From IMG/VR virus record IMGVR_UViG_3300003690_000024, positions 1-64,000 of that record: a stretch of DNA of 64,000 nt. One strand, written 5' to 3'. Below are positions 36,298-46,504 of the stretch, piece after piece. A program made the translations under genes and the position numbers. The notes beneath the pieces were generated by a model, which worked only from the letters and a program-made list of their open reading frames with translations, did no database searches and had not been told where the DNA came from. Source of the DNA: a virus. Numbering within the stretch: the first letter of the stretch is position 1; every line of letters starts with the position of its first letter.

Positions 36298-37636
36298 CGA
36301 AGGACAGAGTGGGGAAGGTGGCCTAGACCTAAGAAGTCTTAGGTTTGGCACCCTTAACTTTTTAAGAGATGATTCGATCAACGATTCGGGCGATCGCCGT
36401 CGCGGAAATCCTCTAACCTTTTTAGTTCAGAGTTTAGGGAAAGCGTATGGCATTGATACGCTGAAGGACGTTATAAATTTTCGTGGAATTGTATTGAAGG
36501 CCGAGAAGGTTAACAAAGACTCAATAGTTCCTATTAACCGTTCTGAAATTTTAAATGCTTATCTTAATGTGTCCTTAGGTGCTAAAATCGTAGCAGCCTT
36601 CACTAGAGATAAGCCCGTATATGTTTATAAGGTTTATATTCCTGAATTAGAGATGAGACCTCCGCCTGTTTCCGCAGACGATCCGATTTTAGATACCTAT
36701 TTTGATGTTTATGACTCGCGCGTCTTCCCAGAAGACGATGCTGAGATCAAGAAAGGAACCGTAGTTACTGTAGTATTTGAGGACTTCAAAAACCTGCTTA
36801 ACCCTCAAATCATTGGTGCCGAAAAGAAGCCACTAATCATCAAAGGACTCCACAAGGGCGGCAGTGTCCTTGAGGCGTTAAGAAACTTTTTTGGTGGCAG
36901 CCCCGGCAAAGGCAAGGTTGGAGATAAGGAAAATGCAAGTGGATCTCCCCGAAATCCCGAAGAAGGCGCCCCAGCGCACTCTACGGGGACCGGTGATGCA
37001 GGATCTCCTGCGCGCACATTTGATGAAAACCCGCCCGACCAGGATCCTGATGCTCCTGTTATTAAGAAGATGTCTGCATCGGAAGTGGAACACATGGCAC
37101 AAAGTGAGGGAATTTTGATGAAGCTCTACAACGACCCTTATGGTTACTGTACTATTGGAGTAGGCCACCTCATACAGGGACGCGTCAACGGAGAGAACTG
37201 GAAGGGCCCCTGCAGTCAAGCAAAGCGACATGGTTTAATCCCATCCAAGTGGCTGAAAGGAGGTCTTCCTCCCGATGGAAACAACACGCGCGCCCCCTCG
37301 GAAACTATGACGAGGTCCGAAGTAATGGCTCTTTTTCAGCAAGACGTCTCCATCCGCGAGAGATGGCTTGTTAGCAAATTGCGACGGATCGGCGATGTTA
37401 GGGTTACCCAAGGCCAATTCGACGCCCTGCTCTCGGTTGTCTATAATTCTGGGGGCGGAAATGTTAGCGAATTCATTATTGACCCCCATCTAGCCAAATC
37501 GCCCCCAGATTTCAGAGGAGCAGCAGAAGCTTTTACAGTGTATAATAGACTGGGCTACCGGAGAGAAGATCATCGCAGGTATCGGGCCGGACTGAATGCC
37601 CGCAGAGAACGAGAGCAGAGCATGTTCTTTACTTAA
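36284..37636 (+). CDS. Baseplate hub (gp5-like) protein with C-terminal GH24 lysozyme
   Basis: Catalytic E-x8-D-x5-T in SEGILMKLYNDPYGYCTIGVGHL; QGQFDALLSVVYNSG; GLNARRERE; GGAGGAG SD. Confidence 0.8.
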   Translation: MAKDDEGQSGEGGLDLRSLRFGTLNFLRDDSINDSGDRRRGNPLTFLVQSLGKAYGIDTLKDVINFRGIVLKAEKVNKDSIVPINRSEILNAYLNVSLGAKIVAAFTRDKPVYVYKVYIPELEMRPPPVSADDPILDTYFDVYDSRVFPEDDAEIKKGTVVTVVFEDFKNLLNPQIIGAEKKPLIIKGLHKGGSVLEALRNFFGGSPGKGKVGDKENASGSPRNPEEGAPAHSTGTGDAGSPARTFDENPPDQDPDAPVIKKMSASEVEHMAQSEGILMKLYNDPYGYCTIGVGHLIQGRVNGENWKGPCSQAKRHGLIPSKWLKGGLPPDGNNTRAPSETMTRSEVMALFQQDVSIRERWLVSKLRRIGDVRVTQGQFDALLSVVYNSGGGNVSEFIIDPHLAKSPPDFRGAAEAFTVYNRLGYRREDHRRYRAGLNARREREQSMFFT

Positions 37637-37657
37637 AAGAACATAAGGAGTTTATTT

Positions 37658-38671
37658 ATGGGTAGCATTAAATTAGGCGGTAAGCCAAAAAAGTTTAAAT
37701 TTTCATTAGACTTATCGAAGCTGGGAAAGACCGAACGAAAACTATTTGATTCGCTGCCGCCAGTACAGCAGGCGGAATTCGTCGGCCTAGGCGAGAGTTC
37801 TAAAATTGATTTCGATACTCCGGTCTATGTTGCATCCGGAGCAGAACATCAGATAGCAAAAGGAAATGCGTCGATTGTACTCGGAGTTGACCGCCCAAGC
37901 AATCTATATTCTGGTTACGGCGGCCTAAGGAACACTCACTGTGCTTCTATTGATATAGTGGCCGGCCGAATGGGCTACCGCGCCCGTTCGACGACGGAAG
38001 ATGGGGAGTCTGTTAATGTGGATCCTAATTTTAAGTTGGATGCCGCTCGAATCTATATTTCACAGAAAGCAGATCCTGATGGATATTTTGGTCTCGCGGC
38101 GGGCAAGTCGGGAAACACCTCAAAAGAATCGCCCCGAAGTACGGTCGCAATAAAGGCCGATACAGTTCGTCTCATTTCGCGCGAGAATATAAAACTTATA
38201 ACGCGCACTGATGCAGAGAATGCCCAAGGTGGTGATTTGGATACAGGCTATACTGCGCCCTTTGGGATCGACCTTATCGCGATGAATGATGACTCCGGCT
38301 TGCAGCCACTTGTTAAGGGAGATAATTTGCTTCAGTTATTAAAGTCTATGATGGAATCAATCCATGATTTACGAGAGCTGTTCACTAATTTTTTAGAATA
38401 CGACAGAACACTAACTATGGCCCTTCTAAATCACACACACCAGTCACCATTTTTTGGAGCCTCTACATCTCCGTCGTTTGTTAAGCTTTTACCTGAAGGG
38501 ATAAAGGTGATAGTGGACAAACTAACAAACGTCGAACTACAGATGAAGCTTCAAATGCAGAAGCTCACAACACTCCAGCAGGAATATTTGGAAACTCCTG
38601 CAGGGGCAGAAACAACAGATAACGACGGGAATGGGCTCTTCATCTTGAGTAAATTTAACCATACTAATTAG
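37658..38671 (+). CDS. Putative baseplate spike/gp5 C-terminal-like protein
   Basis: Follows hub gene; beta-rich SIDIVAGR, DAARIYISQK, AIKADTVRLISRENIKL; LVKGDNL; HxH motif NHTH. Confidence 0.6.
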   Translation: MGSIKLGGKPKKFKFSLDLSKLGKTERKLFDSLPPVQQAEFVGLGESSKIDFDTPVYVASGAEHQIAKGNASIVLGVDRPSNLYSGYGGLRNTHCASIDIVAGRMGYRARSTTEDGESVNVDPNFKLDAARIYISQKADPDGYFGLAAGKSGNTSKESPRSTVAIKADTVRLISRENIKLITRTDAENAQGGDLDTGYTAPFGIDLIAMNDDSGLQPLVKGDNLLQLLKSMMESIHDLRELFTNFLEYDRTLTMALLNHTHQSPFFGASTSPSFVKLLPEGIKVIVDKLTNVELQMKLQMQKLTTLQQEYLETPAGAETTDNDGNGLFILSKFNHTN

Positions 38672-38673
38672 AG

Positions 38674-41600
38674 ATGCCAGCACTTCGAACCCCACGTAAA
38701 TATAAAGGCAAGTCAACGGGAATTCCTTTTTCGGCGGTTGAAAAGGGTTCTACGCGCTATAAGCTTAAGCTTAAAATAGATCAGGCCGTTGCGAATTTTG
38801 ATCAGCCTGCGGCAATAGAAGAGGCTGTCGATCGATATATCATTCATTATTTTCCTGAATTTTATATTGCGCTTTATGATCAACCTGCGTTTATGGCGGC
38901 CAATGAGGATCCAAACGACGCCCAGGCCGCTTTTGTCGTTCTGTGGATGTACGAGACATTGAGGGTCCAGCTTGGGAATAAAATAGAAATAGACGCGCAA
39001 TATCCCACCTCTCCTCCCTCCGATAACGAAATAATGATTTTTAGCTTAAGATACGATGTTTTTAAAGCACGGGAGCAACTAACCAATCAAATGTTTCAGG
39101 GTGAGACAGACCAAAAACAAATGCCTTCCTTTGAGGCGAGTCTGAATTACTTTAATAGTGAAAATGGATTCGGCCCCACTGAAAGTCAGACAGAATTTCC
39201 TATCAAAAAGATGCCAGCAATTTCTCAGAGTTTACAGGGTGCTTTCACAAAATTCAGTAAACAGCAGAAACGATCAAGAGGCCCGAAGGCGCCTATATCA
39301 GTCGACTTTAATTCTGTGGGGACCTCAGTTGGTAAAATAATGGCTACCCTCGTTGGTGAGCTCATGGAGACAGTTAAAGGCGCCGGCAGAACTTATAAAT
39401 TTAGAGAAGGGGATACCTTAACACTTTATTTTGGGGCCTCTACTTCGTCACCGTCGACTGAAAAGGCTGTTGTGGTTCCTGATTCTGTGATCACGGATAT
39501 AAAATATTTAGCTACCGATAAATCAATTGCCGCAGAACAGTTAAAAGTGGGACACTTTTCTCTCGTAAAGTATAGTCCACTTATAAAGGATAAGGTTGTG
39601 TTAGGCGCCTTAAAAAACTACAGTTTAGTCCTGAAGATGGATAAGGAAGCCTCCAAAAGGGGCCCCAATTCGTTTTCGGTTGATGAATTTTTTGGGGAAG
39701 CACTTGGTGTCGACACCGCTGACGGCTTTCCTTTAGAGTGGGACACATCCAATGATTCTGATGTGGAACAGGACGATGAAAATAATGCTTTAATAAATAC
39801 GGCAGTTGACCTAGGAATCATTGATATTGCCGACACCGCCGGTCTTCAAGTGAGCATCGCCGCGTATACCACAGAACAGCTTACCACTCTCAACGCAGCA
39901 GTAACCCAAAATCCCGAGCTTTATACCGAGGTGTTTGCGGGACAAGAAAAGAAAAAAGATGAAGCTTCCCCCGACTTTTTAAACCAGATTGAAAAAGTAT
40001 TAGCGGACGGCCCGATGGGTGCTGTTGCCGACAATAGCCCAGTGGGGGCATTTTTCCGCCACTTTGGTATCGATACACTCGTAAAAGAGGCGCTTTTGTG
40101 CCTTACTTTTGGGATAAATTTTGAAATCGATCGCATTACTGCCCTTATCGGCGAAATTAAGGGCCTAGCTTTCAGTGGCAACATAGTAGTAGAGTTTGGG
40201 GGTTCAGTTAAGGGAGTTACAAAGCCTCAAATATCGCTCCCTTCTCTCGGTGATCTCTCGTTAAGTTTCCCAATGTTTACCATTACAGGCGATATCTGGA
40301 AGATGATTCTAGAGATTATTATTGAAAGTCTTGAAAAAGCCTTAATTCAAGTGATTGCTCAGCTTGTAGAGCTTCTTCGCGAACTGTGTGACTTTAATAA
40401 TCCAAGGTCCCGAGATTATGGCGACACAAATATGCGCGATCTGATGCCCCTCACAGCGCCAGGCACAAAACGGGGCGCTAGGGGACAAGAGGACGACTCT
40501 AATCCTGATATGGGCGCGCAACACGACCCGTTTGATCCCTTTAGGGGCTCCAATGTAGAGGAAGCCTCGGGGATGACACCAGATGAGATCCTCGACTATC
40601 TTGAAGATCTTTCATCTATTTTAAGTTCTATGGAGATATGTGTATTGCTCACTAATCCAGCATCGGCCGAAGAAGATCTCCTTCAAAAAATATTAGATTA
40701 TAATTTAGCGTACGGGGCCAATGCACAAGTTGCACAACAGATGACCACCTTTACAGAAATCATAGGATTTTTTGCTGAGTTGGCCAAAGTGGTGGATGTA
40801 ACAGACTTGTGTAACGAGATCGCAAACGAGGTTGCAGTTCTTAATCAAGACAATCTCTGCCTTACCGAAGATGACATCCAATCTGTTAATATGGATGATG
40901 TGGATAATATTGAGACTCTTTTGGATATTTTGAAAAACGGCTTGCGACCAGGCGTTGCGGGAGTTCCGGAGGTCTTCAGGCCTAATTTCGAATGTCCAGA
41001 TAAACCCAACTATGTAGAAGACCCCACCTTTAGAAAATCAATCTACGAGACACTCAATGTTCTGATAGAAACGGTTGAGCTTCAGTTTAGCTATTCGACA
41101 GAATCTATTAAGAATGTACTGTTGGACTCCCGACTGACTGCAGCCGGCGGAGCGGCGTTTGATGCGATCGGCGCAGCTGAAGTTCCGCCTCTCTCTGAAG
41201 AGTGGGCTCCGGCGCCTAATAAGGCGATGATTGATATATTGAAGGCTATGATACAGGGCTTCGAAAACGTTGAGCAATATTCGGACGACATTGAAGACTG
41301 CATCAACGATAATCAAGATGTTTTTGGTTTAGACGTAAATCTCGACTTCGACGACATCACCAGGATCCTGAATGTCGTAAAAGAAGGAATGGAACTCGGC
41401 TTCGCTACTGGTGGACAACTAGGAGGCCTTGTCGACACGCTTGGAGACTTGTCAAACGCCTCGGAGCAAGGTACCCCTCTCATATCACGAAAAGTTTTCA
41501 ATAAACGCTTTTTGAGAGAATTTGAAGATTATATTCTCATTAGCCAGCCCTCGACCGGTTCCACGGGTGCGCCAACATGGAACCAAAACATTCTCAACTC

Positions 41601-44292
41601 GATGAACCCTGCTTCGTTCATGAACAACACCAACAGACTCTTCAACGTCCCGAGCCAAGGTACCACCGGTGCCGGCGGCGCCTACAATTTTAGGGGATCC
41701 GACCCGGCCTCGATGACGAACCTGCTCGGCTACGGCCGCGAGATTCTTACGTGGTACTTTCGGCCGCTTATGACAAAGTCGGGGGGCACCCAATTCACGA
41801 CGGCCGCCGCCGAGACCGCGGCCCAGGCCGCGGCCCTCAAGAAATTCGCTTCATGGGGGACCGGGACGATCAAGCTGTGGTACCCCCCTTACCAGGACAC
41901 GACCCTCGATGGTCTGTCGAGTTTCGCCCTGCATGCAATAGGCGTTTCAACTACGTCCGAAGCGGGTGCAGACTTTGCGGGTGACATACTGCCGGATACT
42001 GAGATAGCCAACCTTACTATGGATCCGTTTATTGAGAGTGTTAAGAGTACTCTTCGAACTGATAGATATCCCCCGGGTAATTCCATCTTCTATCAACCCG
42101 CGGCGGAGAAGTATGCACAACGCCGCGCCTTCCCGATGGCCAATGCGCTCTTGACCGATTATTTGTTTGATTATTATATTAAGAACGGGGTATTTGATGC
42201 AGCAACCCTTCAGTCACTTAGCTTTTTCCATAATAACGAAAATTGCCAGCCAGGAGATACATCTGATCTTTTAGATGTCGGCGACATCCTTAACAAGATG
42301 CTTCGGATGTTTGAAAAGCTCGCATGCGGTAGCGACCTTCCGGCGCGTAAAAAAGTACGGCTAGCTCTAAAATATGGAATGTATCTTCTGTTTGTGCAAA
42401 TCCATATTGCAGAATTTATTATTAAAAACATATTTGTGTTCGCAGCCACAGAAATAGATGAACTATTTGCTAAGCCATTTATAACCATGTATATGCGCGC
42501 GCAGATCGAGAATTCAATGGCAAACTATCTTGCTGATATTGATGAATCGGTACGAGATATGTTTGTAAACGATCTCACCGAGTTATTCCAACAAGTTAAT
42601 CAGGTTGAGGGTGGTATTACAGATTACGAAGGGAACGTAGTTTTTAATTCTGGGGAAAAGTTACCCCCAGATGAGGCTACCTATAATAAGATTATTAACT
42701 ATTTGATTGGTGAAAGGATTATGGATTCAAAATCTGCAGTGAACAATGCCATTAAGCAGGCCCACCCAAATGCAAATCCAAAGCCGCTAGATGAAATTTT
42801 CTTACATTCCATTCCTGCCTACCAGACCGCCGCGGAGTGGGCCAACGGCGGCCCGTTTCACTTGGACCCGCATTTCCAGGATGAGTTCGGCCAGGACGAT
42901 GGCTTTTTCCTTCCCCGGCCGGCCGGCAACACCCGCCGTGTCACCATCCAACGAGATTTTGGGCTCGACCACGACCGGCCACGCCTATTTATATTAAAGT
43001 CTTATTATCCACGAGTCGATCTTCTGCGTCAGTCTCGTACCCTGGGCCCCGACAGCTTTGTATCCGCGACCCTGATCCCACGGGGCATCTTCAGCGTCGA
43101 CGAGATGGTCGAGCTCGGCCCGCCCACGGCCTTGCCCTTCGACAACAACCTCCGTCTCATGCTCCTCCAAATGGACACCGACATCGAGAACGGGCTCGGA
43201 ATAGAATATATCATACGATATAAATTTTTCCTTTCTTTTCCGGACCCAGACATGTCCGCCCCCGCCGAGCGGGCCCTCGTCACCGAGCATCGACTTTATC
43301 CCCTTCTGCCGGCCGGTGATTCTGGAACTTCAGGCGCCGAGCTGGGGAGTCGTCCGGTATGGGTCGAGAGCGACCATACTTTTGATAGAACCGTCTGGTT
43401 GCCGTCTTCCGGACCAGGTGGCCGAAGAGAGTTCGAGCAAGCGCGCCCCGGGCAGGGCGAGGATTTCAAACCCATCACCCTTACGCAAGACGACGTTGAC
43501 TTCTTGATGGGAATCCCGGAGTATCAAGACTATTTTACAAACGTGTTTGACAAAGGAGTGTTAAGTATGATTCCTATCATACAAAACTTCTACTTAACAA
43601 CCAAATATTTCGATGAAATTACCGGCGCGATGAAGCCTCCGAAAGATGCATGCCTTAATATTGTAAAAAATACTATCGCAAGTGACGACAAATATGACAA
43701 GACCCCAGATATGAGTCGCGACAACGTTGCCAGCTTTACTAATACCTTTAGTGGCGATGACGCTTTTGAGTCTTTTATGCGTGATTTTATTTTGATAATG
43801 CTCATCAAGACGCCTATTGATATTCTTAAGGGGATCCTTGAATTGATTGATCCTCACGTTGCTATCAGCAAGATGATCAAAACTATCACCGGACAAGTGT
43901 TTAACATCTTGAGTCGCGTGTTTGACGAAATCCTTGACTCGGCCCCGGAAGAACTCACCACGGTGATCGATAGTGGCGAAAAACTATTGGCTATTGTCTT
44001 GTGTCTCGTGGATGTGGTAATGAAGAATCCTCCTGGCACCCCTCCCGGCCCCGCGCAGGACATGTTGTTGAAACAAAACATGGAGGCCTTCTTCCCGCGC
44101 ATCACGGCCGAAGGTATTGATTTCTTGGGGTCAATAATGGGAATGTTTATGATACCTCCTTCACCTCTAGGTATCCTTTATTTGCTTCTCTCACTAATTA
44201 ATGTGGAAGTTCCCGAGTTCGGGGTGGACACCGGAGATAATGCAGTAGTGAATTCATCGGATCCATCCGCGCCAACCGCTCCCGATTGTTAG
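38674..44292 (+). CDS. Very large virion-associated protein (1872 aa)
   Basis: Uninterrupted ORF between spike and gp25 genes; function not recognised. Confidence 0.7.
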   Translation: MPALRTPRKYKGKSTGIPFSAVEKGSTRYKLKLKIDQAVANFDQPAAIEEAVDRYIIHYFPEFYIALYDQPAFMAANEDPNDAQAAFVVLWMYETLRVQLGNKIEIDAQYPTSPPSDNEIMIFSLRYDVFKAREQLTNQMFQGETDQKQMPSFEASLNYFNSENGFGPTESQTEFPIKKMPAISQSLQGAFTKFSKQQKRSRGPKAPISVDFNSVGTSVGKIMATLVGELMETVKGAGRTYKFREGDTLTLYFGASTSSPSTEKAVVVPDSVITDIKYLATDKSIAAEQLKVGHFSLVKYSPLIKDKVVLGALKNYSLVLKMDKEASKRGPNSFSVDEFFGEALGVDTADGFPLEWDTSNDSDVEQDDENNALINTAVDLGIIDIADTAGLQVSIAAYTTEQLTTLNAAVTQNPELYTEVFAGQEKKKDEASPDFLNQIEKVLADGPMGAVADNSPVGAFFRHFGIDTLVKEALLCLTFGINFEIDRITALIGEIKGLAFSGNIVVEFGGSVKGVTKPQISLPSLGDLSLSFPMFTITGDIWKMILEIIIESLEKALIQVIAQLVELLRELCDFNNPRSRDYGDTNMRDLMPLTAPGTKRGARGQEDDSNPDMGAQHDPFDPFRGSNVEEASGMTPDEILDYLEDLSSILSSMEICVLLTNPASAEEDLLQKILDYNLAYGANAQVAQQMTTFTEIIGFFAELAKVVDVTDLCNEIANEVAVLNQDNLCLTEDDIQSVNMDDVDNIETLLDILKNGLRPGVAGVPEVFRPNFECPDKPNYVEDPTFRKSIYETLNVLIETVELQFSYSTESIKNVLLDSRLTAAGGAAFDAIGAAEVPPLSEEWAPAPNKAMIDILKAMIQGFENVEQYSDDIEDCINDNQDVFGLDVNLDFDDITRILNVVKEGMELGFATGGQLGGLVDTLGDLSNASEQGTPLISRKVFNKRFLREFEDYILISQPSTGSTGAPTWNQNILNSMNPASFMNNTNRLFNVPSQGTTGAGGAYNFRGSDPASMTNLLGYGREILTWYFRPLMTKSGGTQFTTAAAETAAQAAALKKFASWGTGTIKLWYPPYQDTTLDGLSSFALHAIGVSTTSEAGADFAGDILPDTEIANLTMDPFIESVKSTLRTDRYPPGNSIFYQPAAEKYAQRRAFPMANALLTDYLFDYYIKNGVFDAATLQSLSFFHNNENCQPGDTSDLLDVGDILNKMLRMFEKLACGSDLPARKKVRLALKYGMYLLFVQIHIAEFIIKNIFVFAATEIDELFAKPFITMYMRAQIENSMANYLADIDESVRDMFVNDLTELFQQVNQVEGGITDYEGNVVFNSGEKLPPDEATYNKIINYLIGERIMDSKSAVNNAIKQAHPNANPKPLDEIFLHSIPAYQTAAEWANGGPFHLDPHFQDEFGQDDGFFLPRPAGNTRRVTIQRDFGLDHDRPRLFILKSYYPRVDLLRQSRTLGPDSFVSATLIPRGIFSVDEMVELGPPTALPFDNNLRLMLLQMDTDIENGLGIEYIIRYKFFLSFPDPDMSAPAERALVTEHRLYPLLPAGDSGTSGAELGSRPVWVESDHTFDRTVWLPSSGPGGRREFEQARPGQGEDFKPITLTQDDVDFLMGIPEYQDYFTNVFDKGVLSMIPIIQNFYLTTKYFDEITGAMKPPKDACLNIVKNTIASDDKYDKTPDMSRDNVASFTNTFSGDDAFESFMRDFILIMLIKTPIDILKGILELIDPHVAISKMIKTITGQVFNILSRVFDEILDSAPEELTTVIDSGEKLLAIVLCLVDVVMKNPPGTPPGPAQDMLLKQNMEAFFPRITAEGIDFLGSIMGMFMIPPSPLGILYLLLSLINVEVPEFGVDTGDNAVVNSSDPSAPTAPDC

Positions 44293-44302
44293 AGGTGTCA
44301 TA

Positions 44303-44695
44303 GTGTCGTCAGGACTGTCAGTTAAATTACCATTAACAACGAGCCCTACTTTTGGGGCCTATAATTTAAATACCACTTTCAAAGAAGTCGCCCGGCAGAA
44401 CTTAAAAATGCTAGTTCTTACGGTGCCAGGGGAGCGCATTATGGACCCTAGCTTTGGGGTGGGCCTCAAAAGGTATTTGTTCGAGTTTAATGGTCCCGAA
44501 ACCTATAGTAAGATTAGTTCAAAAATTCACGAACAGGTTGCGAAGTATATGTCATATATTGCTATTACAAATCTTAACTTTCAAATACCCGAAAGCAACC
44601 CAGATTTGTTTCCTCACACGATGTCGCTGAGGATATCTTTTAATATTGTTCCCCTGGCGACAGAAGCTGCTCTTCAAATTGATGTAAAGAACTAA
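44303..44695 (+). CDS. Baseplate wedge protein, gp25/GPW family
   Basis: QNLKMLVLTVPGERIMDPSFGVGLKRYLFE. Confidence 0.9.
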   Translation: MSSGLSVKLPLTTSPTFGAYNLNTTFKEVARQNLKMLVLTVPGERIMDPSFGVGLKRYLFEFNGPETYSKISSKIHEQVAKYMSYIAITNLNFQIPESNPDLFPHTMSLRISFNIVPLATEAALQIDVKN

Positions 44696-44710
44696 TTAAT
44701 GAGATAAAAA

Positions 44711-46504
44711 ATGCCTAAAAAACTACAACCCATTAACTATACAAGCCGTGACTTTGATTCTATTCGCAGAGATTTAGAAGATTACGCAAAAAGATATTAT
44801 CCGAATACCTTTAAAGACTTCAATGAAGCATCATTCGGATCATTGATGCTGGATACTGTATCGTATATTGGCGATATTCTTTCCTTTTATTTAGACTATC
44901 AAACAAACGAGAGTTTTCTAGAAACGGCGGTCGAATATGAGAATGTCGTGCGCCTTGCGCGCCAGATGGGATTTAGATTAAACACAAGCCCCTCTTCATT
45001 CGGGGTCCTCACTTTCTATGTTCAAATCCCATCCCTCACTAGTGGGCCAAACCTTGCGTATGCTCCGGTACTTAAGGCTGGCTCTGTGTTCTCGTCGACT
45101 GGAGGAGGCCTTTACACACTACTGGAAGATGTCGATTTTGCTAAGAGCAATAATCAAATCGTGGCCGGCCAGATAAATTCCGCAACTGGGTCGCCCTCAA
45201 CCTTTGTTATCCGTGCAGTAGGTCGCGGCGTCTCTGGCCGCGTTGTGGTGAAAGAGATCGATATCGGCGAATTTCAAAGATTTACTAGAGTTCAGCTAGA
45301 GACTAGTAACGTGGCAGAAGTTCTTTCTGTTGTGGACTCCGAGGGTCATGAGTATTATGAGGTAGATAATTTATCCCAGAATGTAATTTATAAGTCCATC
45401 CGCAACACAAATACCTCCACCAATGCAACTGTGGGCAATATTCTTAAAGCCACACCGGTAGCTAGAAGATTCACGGTAGAAAGAAACAATGATGAAACTT
45501 ATTTACAGTTCGGATATGGATCAGATTCGGAGCTATTATCCAATTCGGTGGTCGATCCTGCTGATGTTATTATGGATCTCAGCGGCCGCACATATATTAC
45601 TGATCGAGATTTTGATCCCACCAAACTGATTAGTAGCGACAAGTTTGGAATTGCTCCTTCTAATACCACGTTGATTATCAACTATCGTGTAAACACCCTA
45701 GAAGATGTTAATGCCGCAGTAGGCTCAATTACTCGTGTTGATGGTCCAATATTTAGATTCACTGATCAGAGCGCCCTCTCCGTTGGCCTTCGAAACATTT
45801 CAATAACTTCGTTAGAGGTTACTAATGAAGAGCCCTTTGTTGGTGACATTTCGCTTCCCGATTCAGATGAAATAAAACAGCGTGTATTTGGCTATTATGC
45901 TACGCAGCACCGCGCGGTGACAATTCAGGATTACCAATCAATTGCTTATGGAATGCCCACTAAGTTTGGAGCGATAAAAAGAGTCGCAGTCGTTAGGGAC
46001 TTCGATGAATTTAAGAGAAATATAAACCTATATGTGCTTTCTGAGGATACTAGCGGTAAGTTTACAACAGCTAATATAACTCTTAAAAATAATTTAAAGA
46101 CCTGGATCTTACAATATAAAATGATTAACGATACCGTTGATATTCTAGATGCGGTAATTGCTAATTTTGGTATAAATTATGTGGTTACTTTAGATTTAGA
46201 TGCGAACAGATATACGGTGATCAACAAGGCCAATGCTGCGATCGCTGCACATCTTCGTAAGAATATCTATGCCATTGGTGAAGAGATACTCATCACTGAC
46301 TTTTATAAAATTTTACAAAAGATAGAAGGAATCATAGACGTGATAGATCTGGAAGTTGTTGGAAAGTCGGGAGTAAGTTACTCAGATCTAGACTACGATT
46401 TTGAAGGGAGTCTCGCGGCGAACGGCCGCACGATCCTCGCCGCAAAAAATGTTGCATTCGAGCTGAAGTTTCCGAATATAGATATCAAAGGATCTATTCA
46501 ATAA
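44711..46504 (+). CDS. Baseplate wedge protein, T4 gp6-like
   Basis: YTSRDFDSIR, FKDFNEAS.G, SFYLD...NESFLETA, QHRAVTIQDY. Confidence 0.88.
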   Translation: MPKKLQPINYTSRDFDSIRRDLEDYAKRYYPNTFKDFNEASFGSLMLDTVSYIGDILSFYLDYQTNESFLETAVEYENVVRLARQMGFRLNTSPSSFGVLTFYVQIPSLTSGPNLAYAPVLKAGSVFSSTGGGLYTLLEDVDFAKSNNQIVAGQINSATGSPSTFVIRAVGRGVSGRVVVKEIDIGEFQRFTRVQLETSNVAEVLSVVDSEGHEYYEVDNLSQNVIYKSIRNTNTSTNATVGNILKATPVARRFTVERNNDETYLQFGYGSDSELLSNSVVDPADVIMDLSGRTYITDRDFDPTKLISSDKFGIAPSNTTLIINYRVNTLEDVNAAVGSITRVDGPIFRFTDQSALSVGLRNISITSLEVTNEEPFVGDISLPDSDEIKQRVFGYYATQHRAVTIQDYQSIAYGMPTKFGAIKRVAVVRDFDEFKRNINLYVLSEDTSGKFTTANITLKNNLKTWILQYKMINDTVDILDAVIANFGINYVVTLDLDANRYTVINKANAAIAAHLRKNIYAIGEEILITDFYKILQKIEGIIDVIDLEVVGKSGVSYSDLDYDFEGSLAANGRTILAAKNVAFELKFPNIDIKGSIQ

